A stretch of 64,000 nt of DNA from an uncultured Chthonomonadaceae bacterium (GCA_963817895.1 CAWFQB010000001.1:800001-864000); one strand, 5' to 3'. Numbered from the stretch's first letter, positions 33,401 through 44,038 are shown. Notes: a model not told the origin generated them from the letters alone. Numbers and translations are program-made.

Positions 33401-36400
33401 GAAGTCGGTAGACCTGAATACCTACTATGGCTCCGCGCTGTTCGGGCCGAAGTGGGCGATAGGCACACAGGGCCGTCCCTCGCTGCACAAGCCCCGCGTG
33501 AACGACAGCAGCGGCAGCGTCGCCACCATACCGGACAAGCCGTATGACTTCGACTATCAGGCGAACGCGCAAAATCAACCGGCCAATCCGAATGGTCCGA
33601 CATATCTCCAGCAGCAGCTTGCGCTTGGGAAGTTCGGCCCGCCCTCTATCGCAATCGCGATTCCGCTTGGAACGCCGGTGGGAACCTATAGCTCGACCAT
33701 CTTCCCGTATGAGGACGCGCTGCCCATTCAGTGGCAGGAGTGGTTGAACAGCTCGACCGGCAATGTGAAACCGGCGAACATCCTGGGCAACAACGACGAC
33801 ATTCTGAATACCACGAATGCGGGCGCTCCCTCGGAACCCTACGCCAATCCCGCCCCAATCGTGAAAGTGACGGTTCGGGAAGGGCGTTTGACCGAAGGCA
33901 CGACAAGCGGCACGATGCCGCAGATTGATGTTCGCAACAATCAGGGCGGTTTTGATCCGATTGGCTTCAACCTGCAGCCGTCCGCGATCATGGTTCCCGA
34001 AGGTGGAAACGCCTCGAACGTTTATAACAAAATATTCCTGTACTGGGCCACAAACCGCCAGTATGACCCGGCGCGTAACAACGGCCAGTACCAGTCGAAC
34101 GGACTGCCCACGCCGTTCGCGCCGTACAACATCGCGTACTCGTCACTGAATACGCCCTACTCGAACCTGAACGGCTACTATCGGGGCGATGCGGACTTCG
34201 GCTACTACAAGGGTAACAATGCCCCCACGCAAAGCGGCGTTCAACTGCCGCAATGGTGGAGCGTGAACTACCCGAAAAACTCGCCGTTCGCGCTTCTGCC
34301 CGGTTTTGATGGCGCGGGGATGCCGCTGGATTACCTGAAGTTGTTCCCGCAGACCGCCGGTTCCCCGGATATGCCCAACGCGGCTTCGGTCCGGTACGGC
34401 AGTCCGGCAACCACGCTGGCAACGCAGTACAACGTTGCCACAGGCCAATTCGAACTGAGTTCGGAATCCTACCTGACGGTGCAGGGGAGCGTGGACAAGA
34501 GCAAGGGTACGGACGCGACGGGAAGGCCGCTTGCGCAGCAGACGGAAACCCGCACGTTTGTCGCCTCGTTGAGCAACCATCTGAACGCTTCGGAGCCGGG
34601 GGCGCCGGATTATGCGGGCGGCACAACGGACAACTGGTTCAAGTCGTTCCTGAATGACCCGAATCTGCCGAAACTCAGCCCGCGCCCCCTGCTCATCAAC
34701 CTGCGCAATGTGCCGGTTGCGGGCGGCGCGAAGGACATCAAGTTCCTGTACGTGTTCTGGTACGCGGGTTCGCAGGGCCGCACGAGCCTGTACTATAATG
34801 TCAACGTGCAGCCGAACGGCATAAACGTGAAGTTCGATGACACAGTCGGCGGGGCCAATCCCACAGGCTTCGGGGTGCTGGGCGACCAGAAACTGTCCAC
34901 GCCCGGTTCGCTGACCTGGCAAAGCGACCCGTACCCGGTGTTCCGCCGCGCATTCGACCCGACGGTAGGAAACGTGGTGGATGCCGTAGACGTGATGTTC
35001 ACGGGACAATTGAAAAATCGCCAGACGGTAGAGGTTCTGATGGGCCGCTACCGGATCGTGGAGCAGGCGGTTGCGGCAACATCCACAACGCCCGCGCTCG
35101 TAGTCGGGCAACTGGTTGCGATTCCGTTCCCGACAGTGCATCAGGAAACCCTGACGCCCGTTCCCGGAACCAACACCTACGCGGCGCGGGACGCGGCTTG
35201 GTTCCTGCCCAATGATCAGCAGACAGCCGATACCGCAGCCAATAGGTACATGCGGATTTACCTGCAACCGAAGGCCAGCAATTTGGTGTACCTGATCAAC
35301 GGTCAGGGTTATGTCAACGGAGCAACCAATACGTCCACCGGCACACAACGTGGGCGCATTGATCCGGCCTCCGGCCTGGTCTACTTCAACGCGGTCGCCA
35401 CGCTGAATAATCAGATCGCTCTGAATGGCGGCAGGCCCGTTTATGGCGGCGGGCAGATCGTGGTGGATGCGCGGTCAGGCACGGTTTCGTTCCCAAGCAT
35501 ACCGCCGGGTAAAAAAGACACGCTTTATGCGTCGTACACGCCGTACATTATGCGCGTCAATACCTCGCGCGACGAGTACAACATCGAGCGCGACAGCACG
35601 GATATTGCGGGTAATCCAAACCCTTATGGAGGCTTCAGTCTGGCAAACTTCCAAGCGTCGGCGGCGTCAACGTCACCGGGCCAGAACTACGCGCCGACGA
35701 TGGTGCTGGATCGCGCCGCGAACTATCGTGGCACGCTCCAATCGCCGCAGGTGTTGTTCGATGTCAATAACCAGCCTGCCACCGCGTTTAACAATCAGGG
35801 CGCGATAACCACGCCGTTCCTGCCGCCGGTAACTCGCATGTGGGCGCTGTACCGCAAAACGGATGCCGCCGGTTCTGTGAAGGCCAGCGTGTTCATGAAA
35901 TCGCTGCGCCTGATGGCCCGCCTGCCACTGCCTGTCGCCACTATCGCGACAAACGGCACGGCAACATCACCGCTTGCCGCGCAGCGCATCCAGTCCATGT
36001 CCGTCGTCAGTACAGACCCGAACTCGACCGATAAAGGGCTATGAAGTGGATTGGATACGCGGGCGCGTGTACTTCCAGGAGGAGGATGAAGGGAACCTCG
36101 TCAAGATCAACTACCGGTTCTACAATCCGGCAACGGGACAAACCGGAATTCGGGCAACCTGTACTACCGCGTGGCATGGGGCGATGAGATAAGCTCCACC
36201 GGCCATCCCTTTGACACTGCGGGCAAATGGGCGGGCGACCAGACAACGCCGGAAGCGCTGATGCCGACCTCCTCGGTTGTCAATGAGGGCCAGGTTGCCG
36301 CGTTCAAAGACCCGTTCATAGACAAACTGTGGGTGTTCTGGAGCAGCACGCGGGCGGGAACCAGCATTGGTCCTGCCAACAATCCGCTCTCACTCGGCCA

Positions 36401-36464
36401 GACGGACCTGTACTATGAGACGCTCGCGCCCCAGTTCTACTCGCCATCGAGCAATCAGTACTGA
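27443..36464 (+). CDS. Giant secreted protein (~3000 aa if joined) with PQQ-like beta-propeller blades; candidate PilY1-like tip adhesin; frameshifts near 33290, 36035 and 36150
   Basis: Signal peptide ...GARPSGA|Q; GTYNISLY...VTADACRF (CBM-like); GRIYALDA, SVDGHLYTFD, AADGHVYGI, GDDSGGMYGF and GDTNGQLRAY blades; last gene of the pil locus. Confidence 0.65.
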
Positions 36465-36502
36465 GGAAGTAGACGGTAGACAGTAGAAATGCCGCGATGC
36501 TC

Positions 36503-36544
36503 AAAGCCTCTCCCTGTAATCACAAGTTGCGGGGAGAGGCTTTT
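36503..36544 (+). terminator. Intrinsic terminator closing the pil locus
   Basis: aaagcctctccc-loop-ggggagaggctttt stem followed by a T-tract. Confidence 0.65.
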
Positions 36545-36573
36545 GTATGATATACCATCAAAGTCGAACATCA

Positions 36574-36597
36574 GTAGAGGCGCTGCTTGCCGCGCCC
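36574..36597 (+). repeat. GTAG-type REP-like palindrome
   Basis: GTAG followed by aggcgc-tgcttgcc-gcgccc; single copy in the window. Confidence 0.45.
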
Positions 36598-36919
36598 TCC
36601 TTACGCGGGGGAAGGAGGGCCGCTTATTTTCATGCTCTCAGGAGAATGTAGTTTATGGAGGCCATCAGGAAAATAGGGGATTGTAAATAGCTGGCAACGA
36701 AACGGGCGTAAGGGGCGTAAATGGTATGAATACGGAACATGCGCGGGCAGCAAATTCCGCCCGTCGCGCTTCCAAACATTGCGCCTGAACTTAAGACTCT
36801 ATCTCTTAAACGGGCCAATTTAACAGTCTGAAGCGGGCCGACAGCAAGGATTTGTAGATCAGCGCGGATGCTGATTTGCGATCCTGCTGCGGTGAAACGC
36901 TTTGAAGGAGCTTGTGACC

Positions 36920-37539
36920 ATGCCGGAATTTACCCTGCCCCCCCTGCCTTACGATTATGCCGCGCTGGAACCGCATATTGATGCCCAGACCATGCAGATT
37001 CACCACGACAAGCACCACCAGACGTACGTGACCAATCTGAACGCCGCGCTCAAAGACACGCCCGAACATCTGGAAAAAACGCCCGAAGCAATCATTTCCA
37101 ACCTGAGCGCCCTGCCCGAAGGCGTCCGGACAGCCGTTCGCAACAACGGCGGCGGGCACGTCAATCATACCATGTTCTGGGAAATCATGACACCGGGCGG
37201 CAGCGCAACTCCGACCGGCGCACTGGCCGCAGCCATTACCAGCACATTCGGCGATTTGGACACCTTAAAAAAACAGGTCAACGAGGCGGCCGCAAAACGG
37301 TTCGGCAGCGGCTGGTCCTGGCTTGTGGCGGACAGCAGCGGCGCTTTAGCGTGGCCAGCACACCCAATCAGGACAACCCGCTGATGGACGGCAAAACCCC
37401 CATTCTCGGCGTAGACGTGTGGGAACACGCCTACTACCTGAAATACCAGAACAAGCGTCCCGATTATCTCGCCGCCTGGTGGAACACCGTCAACTGGGAC
37501 GAGGTTGGCAAGCGGTACGAGAACGCGAAGAAGGGGTAA
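36920..37539 (+). CDS. sodA: Mn/Fe superoxide dismutase, Mn-type signature (frameshift near 37350)
   Basis: [45 protein letters not shown]. Confidence 0.93.
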
Positions 37540-37647
37540 GATACGAGATACGAGATACGAGTGGCTCATTACTCGCAAGAATACTTTCAAGAGAAGACAT
37601 GCCTTTCAACGCTGGTTCTCGTATCTCATATCTCGTATCTCCTATCT
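37539..37647. repeat. Inverted pair of GATACGA / TCGTATC heptamer arrays
   Basis: agatacgagatacgagatacgag ... ctcgtatctcatatctcgtatctcctatct. Confidence 0.85.
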
Positions 37648-37652
37648 AAACT

Positions 37653-38471
37653 ATGCACTCCGAAGTAGAGATCACGCGCTGGCAGAGCGGCACAAATTGC
37701 GAATTGCAGGATTGTGTCGCTCTGGAAGCGCCGCTGGAAATTTTCGTCAATGGCGAAAGTCTGGCGGTAACAATGCGAACTCCCGGCCACGATTTTGAAC
37801 TGGCTGCCGGGTTTTTATATGCGGAAAGCGTGATTGCGAGTCGGTGGGACATCGCCACGATGGGCTACTGGGGACGAGCCGAAGACCCGGACTGGGGCAA
37901 TGTGCTGCACGTTGCTTTGCGCCCCGGCGTTCAGGCGGAGGACAAGCAGGCGCGATTGCAGCGGAATTTTCTCGCCACTTCCGCGTGTGGCGTGTGCGGC
38001 AAAGCCAGTCTGGACGCGATTCAGTGTCTGGCCGCGCCCCTGCCCGATGATGCGGTTGTGGTATCCGCTTCCACGATTTGCCGCCTGAGCGAACAGTTGC
38101 GCCACGCGCAGAAAACGTTCGACCGCACGGGCGGGCTTCATGCGGCGGGTCTGTTCGACCTGAACGGCGATCTGCTTGCCATCCGCGAAGATGTCGGGCG
38201 ACATAATGCGCTGGACAAACTCATCGGCGCGGAAGTGAACGCGGGCAAACTGCCCTTGAGTGAGCATATTCTGCTCGTCAGCGGGCGCGCCAGTTTCGAG
38301 ATACTGCAAAAAGCGGCTATGGCGCGAATACCGATTATATGCGCCGTATCCGCGCCATCATCCTTAGCCGTACAACTCGCCAATGACCTGAACATCACGC
38401 TCATCGGCTTTCTGCGTGGCGACACGTTCAACGTTTACGCGGCAGGCAAACGGCTTCGCGGCGCGGAATAG
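37653..38471 (+). CDS. fdhD: Formate dehydrogenase accessory sulfurtransferase
   Basis: MRTPG, ELAAGFL, CGVCG, TGGLHAA, EDVGRHNALDK, SGRASFE. Confidence 0.95.
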   Translation: MHSEVEITRWQSGTNCELQDCVALEAPLEIFVNGESLAVTMRTPGHDFELAAGFLYAESVIASRWDIATMGYWGRAEDPDWGNVLHVALRPGVQAEDKQARLQRNFLATSACGVCGKASLDAIQCLAAPLPDDAVVVSASTICRLSEQLRHAQKTFDRTGGLHAAGLFDLNGDLLAIREDVGRHNALDKLIGAEVNAGKLPLSEHILLVSGRASFEILQKAAMARIPIICAVSAPSSLAVQLANDLNITLIGFLRGDTFNVYAAGKRLRGAE

Positions 38472-38513
38472 CCCTCACCCCAACCCCTCTCCCAAAAAAG
38501 CCTGGGAGAGGGG
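38472..38513 (+). repeat. REP-like element
   Basis: ccctcaccccaacccctctccc-loop-gggagagggg immediately after the fdhD stop. Confidence 0.85.
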
Positions 38514-38611
38514 CCAATGTAGAGATAGCCCCTTTCCACAAAACGTATTTCCAAAGCCAGGCAGAAATACAAAATATGAGGCAGGGGACTCTGGTAATTT
38601 ATGAGAGTGGT

Positions 38612-39007
38612 ATGAAAATAAGATGGACACACGATAGCGTCAGGCTGCGCATTACGCCCTCGGAACTGGAGGCGTTGGGGCGCAGCGAGATTGTCAAGGA
38701 ACGGCTGTGCTTTACCGGGGCGGTCAACGGCTGGGGCGCGGCGATTTTGCCCGGCGTGGCGGCAACCAGCGTACAGCTTGTCGGCGGCGATCTACTGGTA
38801 CGCCTGTCGGGAGAAGACTGTAAGCGGTTGAGCGAAGCGGATTGCGAGGGCGTGTACTTTCAGGTGGAGGAGGATACCGCCACCCGCTACTACATCGAAA
38901 AGGATTTCCCCTGCGTCCATCCCCGCGCCAGCGAAGCGATGGAGCCGCCAACGGAAACCTTTCCCGCGCCGGAGGGGTTTGAAGAAAGGAAGCAAGAAAA
39001 TGAGTGA
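38612..39007 (+). CDS. Conserved hypothetical protein
   Basis: MKIR...SVRLRITPSEL ... IEKDFPC ... ETFP pattern; 131 aa. Confidence 0.6.
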   Translation: MKIRWTHDSVRLRITPSELEALGRSEIVKERLCFTGAVNGWGAAILPGVAATSVQLVGGDLLVRLSGEDCKRLSEADCEGVYFQVEEDTATRYYIEKDFPCVHPRASEAMEPPTETFPAPEGFEERKQENE

Positions 39008-39377
39008 GGAAGTTCAGAAGCCGAATACGGACGATTCGGCAACGCATAACGATAGAACGCACAACGACAACCCGCAGACCGCCGCCAACGATGTGAACCG
39101 CACCATTGGCAGCGGCTATGCGGGCGCGGGCGGGACGCCGGAAGATTATCGTACAAGCAGCGACGGCGACGAGCCGAACGAACCGACCGGCGACACCAAC
39201 ATCGCCAACGCGGAGGGCGTATCGGGCAACGCGCCCATAGCAGGCGCAGCCGTTACGGATAACCGCGACCGTGAAAACCATCCCGTTCCCGGTTCCGGCG
39301 GCGATGTACACATCAACGCGACGGGCGGGCAGGCTTCAAGCATCTCCGGCAACACGACAACCGCAGGCGGAGATTGA
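39000..39377 (+). CDS. Acidic low-complexity (disordered) hypothetical protein
   Basis: ATG overlaps the end of the upstream gene; D/N/T/G-rich. Confidence 0.55.
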   Translation: MSEEVQKPNTDDSATHNDRTHNDNPQTAANDVNRTIGSGYAGAGGTPEDYRTSSDGDEPNEPTGDTNIANAEGVSGNAPIAGAAVTDNRDRENHPVPGSGGDVHINATGGQASSISGNTTTAGGD

Positions 39378-39566
39378 CCTCACCCCAACCCCTCTCCTTG
39401 CCGCGCAACGCGCCAGGAGAGGGGCTATTTTAGTCATTCGTCTCCCGTTCACCTTTTGATTTAACGCGTTAAACGTGAAGTAATACGTCTCTTTTAACCA
39501 GAACAGGCAAGCATAAAAGCCCCTCTCCTGGCGCGTTGCGCGGCAAGGAGAGGGGTTGGGGTGAGG
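39378..39566. repeat. Two identical 49-bp REP copies in inverted orientation (BIME-like) between convergent genes
   Basis: 39378-39426 is the exact reverse complement of 39518-39566. Confidence 0.9.
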
Positions 39567-39567
39567 T

Positions 39568-40746
39568 TCACTTTGCGGAGAAAATATACTCCGTTGTTTG
39601 ATGGTAGGTTTGACCGGGGCGAAGGACGACGGACGGGAAGTTGGGGTGGTTGATCGCGTCCGGGTAGTGCTGCGCTTCCAGACAGAACGCGCCGTGCTGA
39701 TTGTAGTTGACGCCGCCCGTGCCGGTCAGGGTTCCGTCGAGGAAGTTGGCTGTGTAAAACTGGACGCCGGGTTCCGTTGTGTACATCGTCAGCGTCCGGC
39801 CTGTTGTCGGCTCATGCGCTTTGGCGGCCAGGGTCAGGGAGTGTCCGCCGCCATTGATAACATAGTTGTGATCGTAGCCGGTCGGGTCGCTACCCACATC
39901 CAGAATATGATCGCCAATTTTATGCATCGTGGTAAAGTCCAGCGGCGTGCCTTTTACGGGCTTGATGGCCCCTGTAGGTATCAGCGTCTCATCGGAGGGC
40001 GTGTACGAAGCCGCGTTGAGCATCAATTCATGGTCAGAAACGTCGCCCGAACCCGCCAGATTAAAGTAGCTGTGATTGGTCAGATTGACGGGCGTAGCCT
40101 TGTCGGTTGTGGCCGTATAGTCAATCTTGATGCCGTTGTTGTTGGTCAGCGTGTACACGACAGCCACGCTCAAATTGCCGGGGTAGCCCTCTTCGCCGTC
40201 TTTGCTGGTATACGTGAACTTCACGGCGGAACCCTCGCCGCTTGTCATCGGAGTGGCCTTCCAAACCCGCTTATCGAACCCTTTCAGTCCGCCGTGCAGG
40301 GAGTTGGGGCCGTTGTTGACCGCCAGTTTGTACGCCTTGCCGTCCACTTTGAAGCGGCCTTTGGCGACGCGGTTGGCAACGCGCCCGACCGTCGCGCCGA
40401 AATACGCGGTGGCTTTGGTATAGGCTTCCAGATTGTCGAACCCGCACACCACATTGCCCATTTTGCCGCTCTTGTCCGGCACATATACTTGCGTGAGCGT
40501 CGCGCCGTACGTTGTGATGCGGGCTTTCACGCCATGCGCGTTTGTCAGCGTGTAAATCTCTACAGCCTCGCCACCCGGCATCTTGCCGAACGGCGAGCGC
40601 GTGATACCCGCCTTCATGCCCGATTTCGCGTCCATTTTGCCGTTCGGCTTTGCGGGCGGTTTGGCCCATCCGCCGGTCACAGCCAGTGCGTTCAGCATCA
40701 GAACCCCTGCCATCATTGCAGTTCGCTTCATTGGTTTGCTCTCCAT
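39568..40746 (-). CDS. galM: Aldose 1-epimerase (mutarotase) with predicted signal peptide
   Basis: GRVANR, NNGPNSLHGG, GYPG, NLTNHSYFNL, GYDHNY, TEPGVQFYT, FCLEAQ. Confidence 0.93.
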   Translation of the reverse strand: MESKPMKRTAMMAGVLMLNALAVTGGWAKPPAKPNGKMDAKSGMKAGITRSPFGKMPGGEAVEIYTLTNAHGVKARITTYGATLTQVYVPDKSGKMGNVVCGFDNLEAYTKATAYFGATVGRVANRVAKGRFKVDGKAYKLAVNNGPNSLHGGLKGFDKRVWKATPMTSGEGSAVKFTYTSKDGEEGYPGNLSVAVVYTLTNNNGIKIDYTATTDKATPVNLTNHSYFNLAGSGDVSDHELMLNAASYTPSDETLIPTGAIKPVKGTPLDFTTMHKIGDHILDVGSDPTGYDHNYVINGGGHSLTLAAKAHEPTTGRTLTMYTTEPGVQFYTANFLDGTLTGTGGVNYNQHGAFCLEAQHYPDAINHPNFPSVVLRPGQTYHQTTEYIFSAK

Positions 40747-40839
40747 TGCTCTTCGTTAGATTGATAAACTCGAAGTAAGTTTGCAAAGGTTCCTTCTGCC
40801 TGCAAGCCCGCTTTTCCTGCTTGAAACTGTTCCCTGCAT

Positions 40840-40901
40840 CGAAAACGTTGCCCGATAGCGCGAAAAGCGGTATTGACAACCGCTTTCCCGCGTGTTAAGA
40901 T
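40840..40901 (+). promoter_or_regulatory. Sigma70-type promoter for uxaE with overlapping operator-like palindromes
   Basis: TTGACA 40873-40878, 17-bp spacer, TAAGAT 40896-40901; AAAGCGGT...ACCGCTTT dyad around the -35. Confidence 0.65.
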
Positions 40902-40950
40902 AGCGCCACAAACAGTTTAGCAACACTACTCTACAAGTTTACTCCTTAAA

Positions 40951-41001
40951 AGCCCCTCTCCTAGCGACGCAGGAGCGACCAGGAGAGGGGTTGGGGTGAG
41001 G
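40951..41001 (-). repeat. REP-like element in the uxaE leader
   Basis: agcccctctcct-loop-aggagaggggttggggtgagg. Confidence 0.85.
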
Positions 41002-41007
41002 TGAATT

Positions 41008-42276
41008 ATGCTCACACTCTCGAAATACTCGTTCGGCGTTGGAGATCGGTTCGCGCATCAGGCTGAAGCGCAATTACGCGCCTGCATGTTGGCGGCGGAA
41101 CAGGGCGCGGACGTGGTTCCCGTGTGGAACAAATCCAACCGCGAACATACCACGATTGGCTCACAGCCGGACAGCGTTCGCGCCGCAGCCGACGCCGCCG
41201 TTCAAGAACTACACTGGAACAAGCCGTACCACGTAGACGCCGACCATATCCGGCTGGAAACGGTAGACAATTTCCTCGCGTCCAGCGACTTCTATACCAT
41301 AGACGTAGCTGACAGCATCGGCAAACCTGCGGATGCGCAAGCGGTAACGGATTTCGCGTCACGTCACCCCGAACTGACCGGAACCGCGCAGATACCCGGC
41401 ATCGAAACGCCGTTTGAAATCACCCGCGCCGAAGTGGAGCGGATCGCGGACAAGTATCTGCTGGCTGTGCAGGAGGCCGGGCAGATTTATCGGCATATCG
41501 CAGCCGCCAAAGGAGAAGACGGCTTCATTACCGAAGTTTCGATGGACGAGACCGATAGCCCGCAAACCCCGCCCGAACTGCTTGTCATTCTTGCTGCCCT
41601 TGCCGACGAGCAAATACCCATTCAGACCATCGCGCCCAAGTTTACGGGCCGCTTCAACAAGGGCGTGGATTACGTTGGCGACGTGGTTCAGTTCGAGAAA
41701 GAGTTCAACGACGACCTTGCCGTCATCGCGTTCGCAATTTCTACATACGGCCTGCCCGCCGGTTTAAAACTCAGCGTCCATTCAGGCAGCGACAAGTTTT
41801 CCATCTACGCGCCCATTCGCCGCGCCCTCGCCCGCTTTGATGCCGGACTGCACATCAAAACGGCGGGAACGACATGGCTGGAAGAACTGATCGGACTTGC
41901 CGAAGCGGGTGGCGAAGGGCTGGAACTGGCGAAAGAGATTTATGGCAAGGCGCTGGAAAAACAGGACGCGCTGTGCGCCCCGTATGCCGCCGTGATTGAC
42001 ATTGACGCGGCCAAATTGCCGTCCGCCCAAACCGTCAACGGCTGGACGTCGGAACAGTACGTGTCCGCCCTGCGCCACGACCAGAGCAATCCCGCCTTCA
42101 ATCCCTCCCTGCGGCAACTGCTGCATGTCGGCTACAAAATCGCCGCGCAAATGGGCGGCCGCTATCTCAACGCCTTGAAAGCCAATGAACTGAGTGTGGC
42201 CCGCAACGTTACCGAAAATCTATACGACCGCCATTTGAAGCCGCTGTTCGTATCTAACGCCGGAGGGGTTAAATGA
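41008..42276 (+). CDS. uxaE: Tagaturonate/fructuronate epimerase family protein
   Basis: SFGVGDRF, S.RE, DADH, EVSMDE, FNKGVDY, LSVHSGSDKFS, HIKTAGT. Confidence 0.85.
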   Translation: MLTLSKYSFGVGDRFAHQAEAQLRACMLAAEQGADVVPVWNKSNREHTTIGSQPDSVRAAADAAVQELHWNKPYHVDADHIRLETVDNFLASSDFYTIDVADSIGKPADAQAVTDFASRHPELTGTAQIPGIETPFEITRAEVERIADKYLLAVQEAGQIYRHIAAAKGEDGFITEVSMDETDSPQTPPELLVILAALADEQIPIQTIAPKFTGRFNKGVDYVGDVVQFEKEFNDDLAVIAFAISTYGLPAGLKLSVHSGSDKFSIYAPIRRALARFDAGLHIKTAGTTWLEELIGLAEAGGEGLELAKEIYGKALEKQDALCAPYAAVIDIDAAKLPSAQTVNGWTSEQYVSALRHDQSNPAFNPSLRQLLHVGYKIAAQMGGRYLNALKANELSVARNVTENLYDRHLKPLFVSNAGGVK

Positions 42277-43098
42277 GCGGCGGTTTATACTCCAATCTGT
42301 TCGATCTGACGGGCGAAACGGCGGTTGTGCTGGGCGGCACGGGCGTATTGGGCGGCGCGATGGCGATGGCCTTAGCGGGCGCGGGAGCGCGCGTCGCCGA
42401 TTGTCGGGCGCAGCGCGGAGCGGGGGCAGGAGCGGGTTCGCGGCATTGAACAAGCGGGCGGGCAGGCCATGTTCCAATCGGCGGACGCGCTGAACGCCGA
42501 TTCGCTGACGCGGGCGCGGGATGCGATTATCGCCGCATGGGGAACGCCGACAATTCTGGTCAATGCGGCGGGCGGCAATCGCCCGGATGCTACCCTGCCA
42601 CCCGGCGCGGACTTTTGCAAACTGCCGCTCGAAGCGTGGCAGGGCGTGTTCGACCTGAATCTGGTGGGCGGCGTCTTGCTGCCGTGTCAGGTATTCGGCG
42701 AAAGCATGATTGGAGCGGGAAAAGGCAGCATCATCAATATCGCGTCCCTGTCGGGCATGACGCCGCTTTCCCGCGTGGTCGCGTATTCCGCCGCCAAAGC
42801 CGCCGTGCTGAACCTGACGCAGTTTCTGGCCCGCGAGTGGGCGCGGCAGGGCGTGCGCGTCAACGCCCTCAGTCCGGGCTTTTTCCCCGCCGAGCAGAAC
42901 CGCGCCCTGCTGTTCCAGCCGGACGGCAGCTATTCGGAGCGGGGCGGGCAGATCATCGGGCATACGCCGATGGCGCGTTTCGGCGATGCGCCCGAACTGG
43001 CGGGAGCGGTTGTCTGGCTGGCTTCGCATCGCGCAAGTTCGTTCGTCACCGGCCAGAACATCGTCGTGGACGGCGGCTTTTCCACCACCACCATTTGA
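42273..43098 (+). CDS. SDR oxidoreductase, D-mannonate dehydrogenase-like (frameshift near 42399)
   Basis: GGTGVLG, NAAGGN, YSAAK, PGFF.AEQNR, HTPMARFG; ATG overlaps the uxaE stop. Confidence 0.85.
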
Positions 43099-43107
43099 GG
43101 AGTAACC

Positions 43108-43602
43108 ATGATTTACAAAATGCGGCAGAAGTTCTTTGCGCTCGGACACGATTTCACGATTCAGGACAGCGAGGGGCGCGACGTGTACGAGGTGGACGGC
43201 AAGTTCCTGAGCCTGAGCAACAAACTGGCGTTTCGGGACATGGCGGGCAACGAACTCGCGTACATCGCGCAAAAACTGCTGGCGTGGGGGCCAACGTATG
43301 AAATCTCGCATAATGGCGAACTGAAAGCCGTCGTGAAGGAATCCCTCTTCACTCTGTTCAAGCACCGCTTCACCGTAGACGTGGAAGGCCCGGATGACCT
43401 GATTGCCCAGGGCAACTTTATGGATTACGAGTACACGTTTACGCGCGACAGCCAGACAATAGCGACAATATCCAAAAAGTGGTTTTCCATCACGGACACG
43501 TATGGCGTGGAAATGGCGGACAGCGAAGACGATATTCTCATTCTGGCAAGCGCGGTCGTAATTGATCTCGTCCGCGACGCCGCGCATCACCGCAAACAAT
43601 GA
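43108..43602 (+). CDS. LURP-one/Tubby-C (YxjI-like) protein
   Basis: KQK-like start, F.I.D, GNFMDYEY, SKKWFSITDTYGVE; RBS GAGGAG. Confidence 0.85.
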   Translation: MIYKMRQKFFALGHDFTIQDSEGRDVYEVDGKFLSLSNKLAFRDMAGNELAYIAQKLLAWGPTYEISHNGELKAVVKESLFTLFKHRFTVDVEGPDDLIAQGNFMDYEYTFTRDSQTIATISKKWFSITDTYGVEMADSEDDILILASAVVIDLVRDAAHHRKQ

Positions 43603-43771
43603 ATAGCTTCCTGCTTGCAGTCGGATGCAGACAAGGGAGTTTACCGAAATAACGCATCTTGATAGCGCATCTTCAGAATATGCGCGAGACTTAGACAGTA
43701 CATTCGGGTGTATAATGAAGGGAAGCGCAGGTAACTGCCTTCCTTTCGTCGTTTGTTGCAGGAGGTGAAGC

Positions 43772-44038
43772 ATGAGTTTAACCGTCACCATAGATTTGCC
43801 GGATGAACTGGCATCGCGGTTTGTGGCTTTGCTGCCTGAAGAGGAGCGGAGCCAGTTCAGCGTAGATGCCATTGCTGAGGCTTTGCAGTTCCGTCAAGAA
43901 GAAGACTGCGCAAAGGCTGCGGAAGAGGCAAGACAACAGCGAATTGCAGAGATGGCCGCAGAGTCGTTACAACGTATGCAGGACTTCCCCAGCCGTGAGG
44001 AGCAGTTCATTGCCGCTATCCGAAAAAGCAAGAGTTGA
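43772..44038 (+). CDS. Small antitoxin-like protein
   Basis: LTVTIDLPDEL start resembles RHH-type antitoxins; acidic; RBS GGAGGTG. Confidence 0.5.
   Translation: MSLTVTIDLPDELASRFVALLPEEERSQFSVDAIAEALQFRQEEDCAKAAEEARQQRIAEMAAESLQRMQDFPSREEQFIAAIRKSKS

Noticed and set aside
36780..36815. Imperfect AT-rich dyad upstream of sodA as a Fur/PerR box
   Set aside because: The match to either consensus is too weak to support.
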